Notes: generated by a model from the letters alone, not told the origin. A stretch of 63,268 nucleotides of DNA, filler included, from Conidiobolus incongruus B7586 (GCA_000697335.1; 6 parts of 6 records of this genome joined end to end with filler, not necessarily neighbours in it); one strand, 5' to 3'; shown: positions 13,346 through 28,085, counted from the whole stretch's first letter. Numbers and translations are program-made.

Positions 13346-14477
13346 TCATTTGATCCAATCCTTGAAATAATCACAGATATCAGAACTAAGAATAGTATCA
13401 ACACCACATGAATCCATTTTAGGGCAAGCACCGCACGGAATATCGGTTAATCCTTCTTCAATTTTATCCTCATCTGATTTCAAAGCTCTATATCTAATCT
13501 TAGATGCTTTGGGCTGAGTTCCATTGTAATACTTGACAGGAACGCTTGCATCTAGACAAATGATTAACTGCTCCAACTCCATCACCTTAAGGACTTGAAG
13601 AGTATCCTCCTCGCTGAGCTCCTTTTCGGTGTTAGCGTTGAATTTAACGTAGGAATGGATTTCGGATAATGTAGGATACATATCATAGTCAATAGGGTAG
13701 AGCTTTCCATCTGGACTTAAAGAATGATCCCTAATGTAACCAAGACAGACGTCAATCATGTGTTGAACCAACCCATCGTCGAAAGCTTGATCTGTAAAGA
13801 AAGTACCACCGGTAATTTCAGATGAAGGAGTCAAATGGTATAATATGTAAACTTTCTGAGCTGGATTTTTAACCGATTTAATCGATTTAATTAAGTAATG
13901 TCTTTCCAAATGTTTTAAACTCTGTTGAAGTGGATGATCCGAAAGTCCAGTGATCTTTTTAATATTACGTATCCAAATACCTATTTACATATATAATGAG
14001 TATATTGAATATAATTTAGCATTTAGTAATAATAAATTGCCTTCAGTATTGGATTCTTTAATAGCATTATAAACCATCTTCTGTTCGGTGGTTAAATCAG
14101 CAACTCTATCATAATCCAGTTTAATGAATATGAATTTTTATAAATTAAATTTTTCCAATTACCTAGAATGTTCTTCAAGATCAACAGCTTTACAATATTG
14201 TTGGTCTCCTTTCTGTTTAATTTCCAATAAATTCTAATCAACTTGAATAAATACATTATGAATAATAATATTGATTAAAAATGGTTACTCTTTTAATTAA
14301 ATCATTCAACAATTGGACCTGACCTTCTAGCTTGGGAAACATTTGTAGAAGTTCAGAAGTAGCAATACCGATTTCGGTTTTTAAAGTAGCCATATAAATT
14401 TCCACTTGTAAATCTGTCAAATGAAATTCCGAATGAAGTCTCTGTTGTAATTCATTTTCATCATGAATTTCGTTCAT
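13346..14477 (-). CDS. RPC34: RNA polymerase III subunit Rpc34/RPC6, multi-exon, with C-terminal Cys cluster
   Basis: GIWIRNIKK winged helix, LIKSIKSVKNPAQKVYILYHLTPSSEITGG, C-terminal PCGACP..C........C.YF.DW. Confidence 0.9.
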
Positions 14478-14587
14478 TTTATTAAGTTATCTTTTATTGA
14501 ATTTTATCTATAAATCGTTTTTTAGCGAGTTGGGTTAAAGGTATTTGGATTGGTGTTTTTTAAATTTAATTGGAGGAGGTAATCAAC

Positions 14588-14596
14588 TTATGGGAT
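14588..14596 (-). promoter_or_regulatory. ATCCCATAA upstream element (RPC34)
   Basis: Exact motif in the sense orientation about 110 bp upstream of the ATG. Confidence 0.6.
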
Positions 14597-17270
14597 CATT
14601 TGGATATTTAAAATCAAGTGGCATCTGCAAAAATTATAGTTGATAATATTGTATATAATATTAAATAGAAAGATTTAATATACTTAAATAAGCAAAAACA
14701 ATGTTAACATTATTATTATCATTTCAAAATTAATTTTCAATCTTAATGAATTAATGATATTTACTATGAGTTTTAGTTCAAATGCTTTTTATAACATTTT
14801 ATATCACTATTAATTTTTGATATTAGAAATTAATATTTCAAAGTTTGGACCAAATATATTGTGTTGAGACAAAAATAATTGCACAAATTTTCAAAATCAT
14901 ACTTTAATTGGAACGTTTGAAAATACCAGTAATTTTGATATATTTTCAATTAATAGATCCCTATAATTCATATATCAGTTCTTTATTTATTTTAACTGTT
15001 TTAATATAGCTAAATATATCCTGTGTTTAATCATGACTAAAAATTCAACTGAAAATTATTAAATTGAACTTGAAGGATCATTCAAATCGACAATATTCTT
15101 TATGTTTAATATACATTTTAGTTTTCCTCTATATTTGAAATAGAATATTTTTATTATATTACTTAGATTGAATAGTTTTATTTGATTAGTCTATATTATA
15201 TAATATATTCATTTATTACTTTAAGATAGTCGAAAATAGATTAATGATCAAATATAATGTGATGATAATCATTTAATTCTATAATGTCTATAGAATACTA
15301 GTATAGAATTAAAGTTATATGTCTTCAAATTAGATGAATAAAATTTTATTATCTTTTAATTAATTTTTATACATAAATATATCATTATAATAAATTTACA
15401 TGAGTATGTTAATGAGGAATATATAATTAGCAATATTATATCTTTTGTATTATCTTCAACCTGGATAATATAGTTGTTTTTTAAGGATAATAGTTAAGAA
15501 TATAGATATTTTTTCATCAATATTAGAACTTTATTAATCCAATATATTGGGGCTAAGATTAATGTCCAAATTTATATCATATATATAATTCAGTAAAACC
15601 TTTCCTTTTACTAACCTAGTATCTACAATACAAATTACATAAATCTTGACTTTTAAATTTTATTATATTAATATATAAATTATTTTCAATTTTATTTATT
15701 AAATTTAAAAATTTAGATATTATTATGTTCATAATTTCATATTCAAATTCGAATTTATATTATTGTTATAATAAAATATAGCCAAAAAATATTATTAAAA
15801 ATAAAATACTATGCCATATATTCACCTAGCTGAGTTTTGTATATGGCAATTTTAAACCATAAAATATATTCATTTTTATTTTATCTAACTGAAATCATGC
15901 TCCATAATTAGTATTTCAAAATTTTTACAATTTAGGATGATTATTTTGATTATATTTTTCATTTCAAAACAACTGTATAAAAATACTGTTTATTGAATTA
16001 ATTAATTATAACTGATAAAATATTTTTGAAAAACTTTAATTCATTTATATTGATACATTGAAGAACAATTATGATTGTATATTTATGTAGATGTTTTTCT
16101 TTCAACACAATAATATGAAAAATTTCATTATTGTACAGCATTTCTTATAATTCAATTATATCTTCATCTTATTACATATCACTGCAAGTAATATAATTTT
16201 GGAGAAAAAAAATATAATGAATGCCCAATATTACTTTGAATTAACACGTCATTAAATATCGAATATATAAATATATAACCAATATATTTTTGAAATTGTG
16301 AGCAGACATACTATCTAATATATTATTTACAACAATTAAAATATACTATCATTGTTTATCGGAATAGTATTTGATAATTTAAATACATATATTATCAATA
16401 AGTTCAATCATTCGGTCATTTATTCATAATAAATATCAAAAAATTGAAATTTTAATAAAATATCAATAAAGACTAAAATCATTCATAATTCAGATTTGCT
16501 TTTTGAATTTATGAGTATTAGCTTTAGAAATAATTTATTCATTGTAGAAAACTATTAATGTAATAGTCATTAGTAATAATATGTTAGCTTGTATTCCATT
16601 TCAATTCTAATGTATTTTAAAATAATATAATGTATATCATAGGAGATATAAAACATTAGTCGAAATTTCATCCTCTAATTTAATGTTAATCTAAAATAAT
16701 TATGAAATGTTTTGAGTAATAATATTTAAGGCAAAAAATCGAGTGACGAAATATTTTGAAAGCATTAAATTTCTTTTGATTAAAATATAGATAAATGAAA
16801 ATATATTAAATATATCAGTAGTTGAGTGATAAAATTATATATTTATCTATCTTAATTATATAATGAATTATTTCAGAGTGTAATATTATGATATTTGGAT
16901 TATTCTGTTAAACAATAAAATATAATGTATATTTCAAAAATCTGTAAGAGTTAAATAAAAATATGGAATATATATTGTAAATAAATGTTATTAAAGTTAA
17001 AAGAGTTAAAATTATTGAATTTGAATGGATATAATAGAGCTTCAAAAATATTTTGGTATAATGGCAAAATTAAATATTAAAACATAATAAAATCGCAAAA
17101 GATAATGTTAAATAATTAAAGAATTACTAAAATACAAATAAATAATAAATGATTGTTTGGATGGGGGTTCATGAGAATTGGTGATCAGATTAAGATGAGA
17201 TAATATTAGGATAGGTATAATTCTCAATTAATGATTTAATTTCAATATTTTCAGTGTTGGCTTAATTAAC

Positions 17271-17966
17271 CTATTTGGCAGCAGAAAGAGCGGAGTTGAG
17301 GGCCTCATAGACTTCAACCTGAATTTGAGCTTCAGCCTTTTCAGCTTCATTGTTGGTAGAAGAAGCAATACGTTGAGCTTCAGCTAAACCTTGAGAAACG
17401 GCCTAAATAAACAAAATTAATAATAATTCAAAGAAGCGTATCAAATTATATTACTTCGCGATCGAATTCATCGAGAGAGAAAGCTTCGATGGCGTTGATG
17501 TTTAAAGAAGAGTCGGGGTTGATGACAGCAAATCCACCAGAGACTATAAGGTGAAGATTAAATGGTTAGCTATTGAGGGAATTCTCAAGTCACAAAAATA
17601 GATTTACCGAAGTATTTTTCAGTCTTGTTGGCATCAACAATAATTTCAACAACACCAGGCTTAAGTTGTTCAATGGAGGCGACGTGGTCGGCTAAAATAC
17701 CCATATCTCCGGAAGTAGCAGACAAATTAACTTGTTGGACTTCGGTTTTTTTGAAAAGAGCCTGATGAGGTAAGACAAAGTTGAGAGTTAATTTTCCTTT
17801 ACCAGAGGCAGCGGTAGCTTCACTGGCATAAGTACGGACTATAAGAAATTGATTGATGTCAGTTAAATGAAAAATTTGGAACAAATTAAACTGAAAAATA
17901 GTTTGGAAAAATACCTAATTTGGAGGAGTTGAAGACAGCGCGAGTGAAAAGACGGGAAGACATCAT
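17271..17966 (-). CDS. ATP16: Mitochondrial F1 ATP synthase delta subunit, 4 exons
   Basis: Presequence MMSSRLFTRAVF, RTYASEA, QVNLSATSGDMGILADHVASIEQLKPGVVE, SGGFAVINPDSSLNINAIEAF, AEAQIQVEVYEAL. Confidence 0.93.
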
Positions 17967-18063
17967 TTTAGCTATTTTATTGGAGATTGATTGCCAATAA
18001 CGCAATTAATGACAAATCAAAAATCCTCATATATCAAATTCATCAACAATTTATTTATTTTAT

Positions 18064-18072
18064 TTATGGGAT
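18064..18072 (-). promoter_or_regulatory. ATCCCATAA upstream element (ATP16)
   Basis: Exact motif in the sense orientation about 100 bp upstream of the ATG. Confidence 0.6.
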
Positions 18073-19601
18073 TAGTTTATTAATTCACACTCTGAAATAT
18101 AGAACTTGATATTTTGATTTTACCTAGATGTATTTATTCAAGGTTATTGAACATATATTAAGTGCATAGTAGTTATCAATTTTATTATTTTGATATTTAT
18201 TGTGTAAGTACCAATTTCCAAAATATAATATATATAGGGTATCAATATCAATATATTTTCATATTTTGATACCAACATTATTCACACTTTGTATCGGGTA
18301 TTTTATTTATTTAACACATCTATTAGTTTAAATATATTATTCTCCGTATTTTCTCTATTTTATTGATCTTGGGTCAAACTCTATATACAATTTTATCAAC
18401 AACTTAAAGCAAAATTTCAAACTTGAAAATTCTTAATGTTAAATATATGTATATATAGACAATAATCAAAGATATTTTATTAATATTTCAATATCTATAG
18501 CTACATCTTATATTGATCTAAAAACATATAATATTAAAATTATGTAATAAATTTTATATTTCATCTTTACTCTTTTTCTAAAATTATCAAGTTGTTGTTT
18601 TTAAGGATATTATTTTTTTTTGTATTGAGTATTAAATTTTAATATTTATATTTTATTAACCAAGTAGATTTCTAAGAAAAATTTTATACTCAAATTTTTA
18701 AAATATAATATACACTGAAAATGTCTAAAATATGTTCACGGAATTGTTATTTCGTCGCATTAATTGAAATAATTAAATTTTGATTCTGATTTATACTATT
18801 AATAAAAAGCATTTGGTATTTTCAGGTATTATCAAACTATATTATACCTAAATAAAACATTTTGATAGATACATCTTTGGTGTTTGAAAAAACACTTAAA
18901 ATATTTTATCTTAATATAATAAAAATTCCTGCAATATCATGAATAAATATTAACTTTCAAAGACTACCATAAAATTGATTTATATCTATTTTTAACGATT
19001 TAATAAAAATTGTCAACTATATTTGCCTTTCAATTTCTGAACTTGATATAAAAAAATATATGGGAAACACAAACTATTTGCTATAATTATTTTAATGTAT
19101 ATAATTAGATTATTACTATTTGTAATGATAATAAAAACTTAATGTAATTATCTTCAAAATACTTAGAAAAAAATATAATCAATAAGATAAATCAAACATA
19201 ATTCGAAAAATCAAAATTTTCTATATTGTTGACATTATCTTCTACGAGCTCTAAATAATCTAATACAGATATTTTGAAATTCAAAAATTATACATTGGTT
19301 TCTAACTTATCAATCTAGAACGATATTATATATCTAAGTATAATTTACTTATTTCACTTTAATAGGTGAAATATATAATATTTCAGATATTATTTGATAT
19401 ATATTTAGTTTTTAAATTTTCATTTGAAATATAATGTATTAATATTATTATTTTGTTAGTATATAGTATTTGTCAATTTTTAATAATATAGATATTTATT
19501 AGTCAAATTAGCTGTGTTATAATCTAGTATAACATAAAAAACTAATATTCACTTATTCAGTATTGTTAGTGTGAATATTATTCAAATGCTCAATTATTCT
19601 G

Positions 19602-19626
19602 ATATATATATATATATATATATATA
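19602..19626. repeat. (AT)n microsatellite
   Basis: Perfect AT run. Confidence 0.85.
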
Positions 19627-20542
19627 GTATCTTGACATAAAAATGAAGAATGAATAGGAAAATTTGGTATAATTAAATCAAGGATACCAGTATCACTATA
19701 ACTATATTTAGAATAAATTTTTTTAACCAAAAAAATATTATCAAACTTAATCATTATACTTTTCAAAGGAATGTAATAATAGCTTAAACTGGTCTATGAT
19801 TTGAGTTTATTTTAACAATATATCAACATGGATGGAATAAATAAATAACTCAAATACTATCATTTTTCTATATTAAGTATTTTTTAACATGATTTAAATA
19901 AATATTATATAACGATTTTGAATTAATATCATTATTTATTATTATTTATTGATGATTCTATTATAATTAGTTTAAAATTTGAATACAATGATGTTAATTT
20001 ATAGTTAAAAATAATAAGGTATTTCTCTTGGCAATGCTATGTTTTAACAGGATAATAAGTTCAATACACTTCATATATAAAATTTAATTAGAATTTTAAT
20101 TTTTGAAAAGATTAAATGATAAATTACAATTAAATTCATGATACTACAAATTCTAATTAAAAATCAAATTCAATATTTTAAATATAGATTAGGATAAATT
20201 TTCTATTTACAAAACAAAACATGTAGGTATAATTATATATAAGACTACTGTTATTAAAAAAGGAAAGGGTGAGTAATAAGGTAGATAAATTACTTTTTAT
20301 ATTGTGTTAATTTGGAATAAAATGATGTAATAAAATCAAAAAAGCTATGTCATTTGAATAAATGAGGGGTTTCAAATCACTAGGTCAGATCCCACTCAGT
20401 GATTTACGCTAATTGAAGTTAATTAAGTAAACTCCAATTAAGACTTTATAATTCACTTTTCCCCTATTTAATCTGTCTAATTACATTCTTTGACCTTTTA
20501 TAAATCTTTTCACAATTATACAATTAATATTTATACTACGCC

Positions 20543-21915
20543 ATGACAGTTTCTTATCATGAGTAAGTTTCTTATATACTCTTAAACTAATTAACAGTCC
20601 TATTTTTCCTCTTTATATTACTCTATTATTTATACACTTAACCATATTTTAATTTTATAGAGATGAAGCACAGTTCACCGTTGGCAGTCCCAAACTTCAT
20701 AACCAAAGACTTACAATTCAACACTGGTAATCTCACTTATTCATTGAATTTTTCCTAATTATTAATTCTGTTAAAAAGGCAACTACGAGACTTGTTAGCT
20801 TGCCCTGACAAAGAAAATGAGATATATCTTGTTAACCAGTTTAGCGTTAACAGATATAATACAATAACTAAACTTGTAAAATTAACTTGTAAAGACTTGG
20901 ACGATTTTAGACTAATTTGAATATAGAGTACACCTGTATTAAAATATTTAACTTATGCACCAACTTCTATGACGATAAAGTACTTTAATTTTTATTTCGA
21001 AAATTGGGTATGTTTTTAACATTATTATTTTAGTTATGGATATTTAGCTGTAGGAGGTCAAAGAGCTCAGCTTACTGTTCGTCATTTAGAGAGTAATTGG
21101 TAAGAAATGATTTTAATTCGATTCTTAGAAATTAAGTTGATAAAAGTATACAGGTCTGTCTATACTACTGTTGGAGGTTCGATTAATAATTCTTTAACAA
21201 TATATGATCATCATAACAATAAGAGATTACTTGTGAGTAATAACGATGAAACCATCAAAGTCTTTTCTTTACCAGACTTCAGAAAAATAGATACAATCGA
21301 ATTCCCTACACCTGTCAATTATGGTAAAGTTGAATTCATTTAATATTATAGTTTACCATATTGATTTATTGTGAATATTATTTAGCTTCTGTAAGTCCTG
21401 ATGGTACAAAAATGGTTGCTGTTGGTGACTCGAATCAAGTGTTTTTATATGCTATTCAAAATGATACCTTCCAACTTATGGCGATCAACACAGCTACCGC
21501 AGATTCAGGTTTTTCTTGTTCCTGGAACCAATCATCTGACAAATATGCAGTGGCGAGTCAAGATGGATATGTGAGTGTTTGGGACATCCGCCACAGCGAA
21601 AAAATTGCAAAGTTTGCAACAGAGCAACAGGCTGCAACCAGAAGAGCTGCACGATGTGTTAAGTTTTCACCCAGTGGTTCAATTGATTTAATGGTATATA
21701 GTGAACATGTCTCCTACATTAATGTTGTTGATGCCAGAACATTTAACACTCGTCAGGTGATTCGGGCAGCTCCATCGGGTCATGATCAAAATATTTCAGG
21801 AGTTGCATTTTCTCCATCTGCGAAATCTATTTTTGTCGGGTTAGAGAGTAATGTGTTGGAGTATAAAGTGGATACAACTACTCGAAGGTGCTTTGGTGCT
21901 GGTACTATTATCTAA
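20543..21915 (+). CDS. WD40-repeat DUF2415-family protein (Gid11/YLR149C- and SPBC2A9.03-like), multi-exon
   Basis: Spliced N-terminus TIQHWQLRDLL; GYLAVGGQ, GGSINNS, VSNNDETIK, SVSPDG, FSCSWN, ASQDG..SVWDIR, RCVKFSP..DL..YSEH...INVVDAR. Confidence 0.82.
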
Positions 21916-23133
21916 TCTAACTCACTAGGTTCATTCTTATGATTGGATTCGTATTTAGTATCTTATATTCTGCAATGGTTTTATTAGGTCTGAGAATTAC
22001 TCATTTGTACACTGCCACTCATGATAATGGTTTGAGATATGCTTAATATTATTGGATATGATTTTTGTACATTAAATTTTTGAAATTTATAGTTGATATT
22101 TATTTGCTTATAAAGATATTTTTAATTACTAGCAAATAATTTTTCAGTTTTATTTCTGATGTTTTTATTATGAGGATATTAGAGATTTTAAATAGATCTA
22201 AGGATTTTATAAATTTATCAATATTTAAACATATTTATTATGATTATAATTTTTGATTCAAGTTCATCACTAAACTAGCAAGGCCATATAATAATCGATA
22301 TATTTTTAATATATAAAGCTCTTAAATGTGAAAAATTTTGAATTGATGTGATCTTAATCTCATTAAAAAGTGTTATTTGCAGCACCATATTCGAAATTCA
22401 CTCCTCAACATTTAATTCCAATTTGAGGCTATAAAACCTCAAAAATTAAAAAATCTTGAATACCCTTTTCATATATATTTATAATCAAGGTTAATAAAAA
22501 CTAATTGCGTTTTAATAATCAGCCTATTTTCATATACTTTGATACAAATTTATTTCCATCAAATCGAGGGTATTTATAGTTGAAATATACAATTTAATTC
22601 AATAATTATATAAACACTTAGATATTATCCAATGATTACTCAATATTTTTAATAAAATTTATGTATATGGAATATAAATTAATATATTTCACAAACTATA
22701 ATTAATATCTATTATATATACAAAAATTTAAATCTAAAAAATAAAGAATTAGAATCAAATTAAATGATAACAATTATATTTTCATGAATATTCATTGAAT
22801 AATATCATGTTATATATTTTTGGTTTGAATGTAAAATATCCATTAAATTGAATTTTTATCTAATTATTTTATTTTTATTTTCAATATATATTTACTTTAT
22901 CCTATTGCATTATAGTTTCATTTTTCAAAAGAATGTTTTATATTTAAAAGAATAAACTGAATTCTAAATAATATTTTCATTCGGTCAATTGTTGTCATAA
23001 TATATTATGGATCTGAAAATAGTTATTAATCTTTGAATATTTAAAACTTTGGTAATCGTTAGTATGTGATTAGGTTACAATTAATAATTTATAAGTTAAG
23101 GTAATGGCTGATGAAATAGTCTGAAATTTGAGG

Positions 23134-24026
23134 TTAATGGACACTTTTGGGCAAGTGTTTTGCTAAAGTGAGCGAAATTAGCTCAGAAAGAGCATAATGA
23201 ACTTCTGTTGAAGTATGTATAGAATCATAGAGAAAGAAGTGTTCAGGGTTAATGCATGGATCACCATCTTCAACTTCAAAGAAGCAAAATGAAACCGAGT
23301 CACCATTTGGAATAGGCTTGCTGTACCATGACGAAAGTTTGCTGAAATCTCTCCCAAATTCTATTATATTGAAATTGACATTTGGATATAAGTTGGATAA
23401 CTTGTGAATAAGCTCTTTGAGTAGTGTATTTTGAACCACAATTCTCAACTTAACTAGCTCTAAATGTTGTTTTCTCCTTATTATTACTCTGGGCGTCAAG
23501 TACGTTGGAGGTACTTCAACCACCATGATTTGTTCAAAATGATAACCTTTTATTAGCACAGTCAAGTCCCTTTCGATATTTTCAATCACCTTAAATGGAT
23601 TCGTGGCAATGTTCCTATAGTCATTAACTCCTTCAAAATAAGATACCACATAACTTTGCTTATCATTTCCACAGATTTGATCAGCTTTGCTGGCGTATCT
23701 CTTAATCTGGTCACCAATTATGTGAAATATTTCTAAAATGTAGGTGATTTTAATATGACACATATATACACCGTAAACATAATATTTTACAGTTTAAAAT
23801 ATTATACTTGGTTTCAATAGAATCTGACCTTATTGTTCCATTGCTAAATCGACCTTTATTATATTGGAGACCTGACAAGATTCAGTAGATGAAACGACCT
23901 AAGTTAGCAATATCACTTGAATTATTGCCAAATAATATCGAGCAATTTAAATTTGGATGAGAAGACGTAATATATAAAATGATTTATTGAGATAGCACTT
24001 TTAACCAAATTTAATTTGAAAGGCAT
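23134..24026 (-). pseudogene. GDSL/SGNH lipase-esterase pseudogene
   Basis: Block III GVND, block V DSIH and GRFSNG present. Block I is degraded to FGNNSSDIAN (catalytic GDS lost), there is an in-frame TGA at 23882-23884, and the 5' part has frameshifts. Confidence 0.75.
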
Positions 24027-24721
24027 ACTTGAAATTTGGTTTTATATTTGTAATACAATTGATATTGCTTGAATGTTGGTTTATAAAATATTTCAATTTT
24101 GAAGTTATAATAATTTAAGAATACATTCTTGTTTTATAAGTATTTCTTGATTATCTGATGATTTTTGGTAGTAAAAATGATACTAAGGACTGGCTTTTTG
24201 CTTACATCTAACCGATTGATCATTCAAATTTTAAATAAGATAGTTAAAACTTAATAATGAATTAATAAAATATATATCAAACTACTATGCCTTGACTTAA
24301 ATATTTAATATTAATTATAATTTCATAATGATAAAAAGTAATATATTTTTAATAATATATTATATCGTATTTTTTCAATTTTAATACAAATACATATTTT
24401 ATATTTTCCATGTAAATAAAATTTATATTTTGTATTTTATATTCAAATTTTAATTATAATAATTTGTTCTGTTATTTTTTTTTAAAAAAAATTTTCAAAT
24501 AGAACATTAATTCCAATATTAACTTTTAATACAATACTATATATATTTAAATTCAATAATGATTATAAAAAAATTAATAATTATTCATTCTTTTTTTTAA
24601 TTTTTATAAATAATTTTATTGGTGAATATAGATATTACAATAGAATCTTTGTAATTTCATTAATGATAAAATAATATTGATAATTGAAAATTGCAAAATC
24701 GATTATTACAAAATATGATAT

Positions 24722-25054
24722 TGCAATTCTACCGCTTGCTAGTAGTACTAAAATAATTAAAAGGAGAGATTCTTGCTGGTGGTTTATTTGGTAATTTGGG
24801 CTGAGGTGTTTTATTAGGAGTTGTTAAGGGTTTAATGGGCTTCATAGAAGACTGAAGTTGATGATGAAAATGTATCGCGAATATGATTCTTTTATAGATC
24901 ATTAGTCGGCTGCAGGTGGTCTAAAGAAATGCATTGAGTTTTCAGAAGTAGGAGATCTTGAAGTGGCGTGACGGGTATTCAGGAGTTATATCTCCATAAG
25001 GTAATAGACCGCTAGGTGAAGTAGGTCGGGCAGGTCACTAACGAGATAACTACA
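24722..25054 (-). mobile_element. Solo LTR (333 bp), second family
   Basis: GC-rich island. The minus strand starts TGTAGTT and ends AATTGCA (TG...CA with inverted termini) and contains TATAAAAG then AATAAA. Flanks ATAT/ATAC (4-bp TSD with one mismatch). Confidence 0.7.
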
Positions 25055-25552
25055 ATACAATCAATTAATTGACAAATCTAGCAAATTATATATTATGTGT
25101 AAAAAGATTAGATAATAAAATAGCAAATGTTTTCTCTTAATTATGACAATTTATTTTTAACATTATTCATTATTTATTAATTATAATAAGTATAAAAAAT
25201 CTTTAAATTAATTTACTCACGATTAATACTTAAATGAAAAGTAATCATAAAACTTGGTAATGTTGTAAAAAATATTGATATATTCGATAGATCTAACATA
25301 TTTATATTAACTAATGAATTCAACAAAAAAAGTAATACTTAATTGCAAAATTAAATTGTGACATGTTTGAATATTAGTAATAATAATGTCATATAGAGAT
25401 AGATATTCAAAAAAATAAATATATCTATTGATCTCAAAAAGAAAGTCCAATCTTGTTTATCATTTAACTTTATCTATCAATAGATGCAACCGAATAAATT
25501 GTATTTTTCTGAAATAATACTTACTTAAAAGGTGATTATAATATCTCACTAT

Positions 25553-26567
25553 TTATACGAACTCTATTTCAGGAGGATTAGGACCGGGATGATACTGATT
25601 TTTGTATTTATCATATAATTCTTTCAAACTGTTCATATAAGTTTGATGAAGTTTATCAATCTCTTCTTGAGTTGGGGTCAGGTTCTTAGCCACTTCAATA
25701 GGTGTCCCCACAATTGCGTGAAGTTTGACTTTTTTTGGAAATAAACCTTTGGAGCCCTCAAAAAATCCTCGACCAACAAATTGCGGAAAGTAAATACCGG
25801 TTAATCTTAATATCTTCTCAATCGTAATAGCAATAAAGCCCTTTTCGTTATTTAAATCATAGAGACTATTCTCCCCAAAACAATATACAGGTACTAAATG
25901 AGCTCTAAAAAAATATTAATATGTAATAAACTGATTAATAAATGATAAATTACCCATTTTGAATAGCCAATTTAACAAAACCTTTTCTATTTTTAAGCAC
26001 AAGCTTGCTTAGGTTAGGTTGCGCATAGAGTGATTCAGCACCTCCGCCTATAACAATTGCAACACTGCTCCCTGGTCCTTGATTTAAAAGATATTCAATC
26101 GATCTCTTGGAGACGGAACAAGCTCCAATTGACATAAAGAAATCTCTATAAAATGGAAAGTAAAAATTGACGTTTAAAGTGAGTATAGTGACTTTAATTC
26201 CTGGGAATAATTTATCAAATTGATCAGGAGGGTGTCCAAATAGAGATTGTAACCCAAAACTAATAATTCCATGAGGGTGATAAGCGAAGATATATTTATT
26301 CTCTGGTGATAAAGGAACTTCTCGATGGAGCTCAGCTTCAAAGTAATTTGCTAAATATTTGAATAATGGAAAGTTAGAACGAATCCAGTTAACGGGACGT
26401 CCGCCATTCTCATGCGCTCTGTCAAAGATAATAAAGGCAGTATAAAGCAAGACGAAAGGACGGGTGATTGGGAAGAACCATAAGCTAAAGTATAAACTAG
26501 AAAGCACTGTGATACCAATTACCATCCAAGTCGTACTTAATAATTCTAATGTCTTTTTTATAGCCAT
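25553..26567 (-). CDS. Diacylglycerol O-acyltransferase type 2 (DGAT2/MOGAT family), 2 exons (intron 25905-25953)
   Basis: YF, YHPHGII, VIGGGAES, RKGFVKLA, LVPVYCFGEN, VGTPI and EEIDKLHQTY motifs; N-terminal transmembrane segment. Confidence 0.9.
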
Positions 26568-27619
26568 AACAATATTAATTTAGTTGAATCCAATTATTAG
26601 CATTTTCAATTGTTATCAACGAAGCCATCTAACCTTATTTATACTTATCTTTATCAACTCAAAGCAGATAAAAGGAATTTATATCAAACTAAATTAATTC
26701 CAATTCTAGTATTTCCCTCAATCATGGATTTATCCTTTAGTATCAATTTAAAACAATTTAACTTATACTCTATCCCTTATATATCAGGCAATGATTTATT
26801 TTAATAATTAATTTATAATAATTCAAAACACAGATTTGTTCCAAGTTTAGTAGGTGATTAAATACCATTTCTGTAACTAAAGCATCCATATTTTTGGCAA
26901 TTGATGCATTTGACATCATTATAGAATTTCTATTCTAAATAATTGGCTTAAAATGGAAAAGGTATTGAAAATATTAAATTCCAAAAATTATAATTTAAGT
27001 TTGGATTAACCTAGTTACCTATTAAATATGTTAATAAAGTAAACATTTCAATAAAGTTGTGAATTTAAAATTATTCCTATGAGGATATTTAATATAAAAT
27101 ATAAAATATTATATATTATTAAAATTCATTATTGGTTAAATGACATTATAAAAAAATAAATTAAATTAAAAAAGTGTTAAATTATCAATTTAAATAAGTT
27201 AATTAATATTTAAATTTGTAATTTATTATTATTAATACATAAATAAATTGATAATTAAATGATATATACTTAATGATTAAAATAATATTAAAGTATTAAG
27301 TACCCAATTTATATATTTATACTCTCTAATATGAAAAAAATACCAATTTATCAAAATTTTATTATATTCATTTGTTTTAAAAAACTATTGTATTCATTTT
27401 GAAAAATAAAAATCAAATTTTTATATTTTAACTATAAATGATAATTTGATTAAAAATGGCAAATTTTTTAAATTTTGATTTTTCAAACATATTGTTAGTT
27501 TTGATAAATATATTTTATATAAGATTTATAAGTGATTTAATGATTTCAATTAGATATTTATATATATTCTAATTTATAATTATTTTTTGTTATTAAAATA
27601 TTTTTATTTAAAAATTATA

Positions 27620-28085
27620 TTATATTCTAGCTAGATAATTATTATTAAAGTTTTTTATTTTATTATTATTAAAGCTCAATCATAACCCATTTTAAATTAT
27701 TTAAACTTTATAAATAATCTTAAAAATAATGCTTTATCTTAAACTACTATTTATTGTTAAATTTGGTATTTTAAAATTAAAAATGATATTATTGAAAATT
27801 TAATATAATTTTAAAAACTAGTGATTATTATTATTATTATTTCTTTTATTAATAAAATAAAAACTTTATTAAAAAGAACCTATTATTTTAATTAACTAAT
27901 TTTTGAATTATTTAATATTAACTATATAAATATATTGTTTATATTCAAATTTAATTTTAATTTTATTAATAAAAAAATAACTCTTTTATTATTTAACTAA
28001 AGTTTAATAAAACTAAAATTACTATAATTAAATGCAAAAGATTTTTATATTGAATTATTAAAATAAAAAAAATATTAAATATTTA
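27620..28085 (+). mobile_element. Hypermutated mariner transposase relic (5' part, truncated by gap)
   Basis: IFKNNALS*TTIYC*IWYFKIKNDIIENLI*F*KL reverts to about IFGDNALSQTTIYRWIRYFKTGNDTIEDL.RSGRP; K*LFYYLTKV** reverts to about KWLPHHLTEAQQ (WVPHEL motif). Start approximate. Confidence 0.65.
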
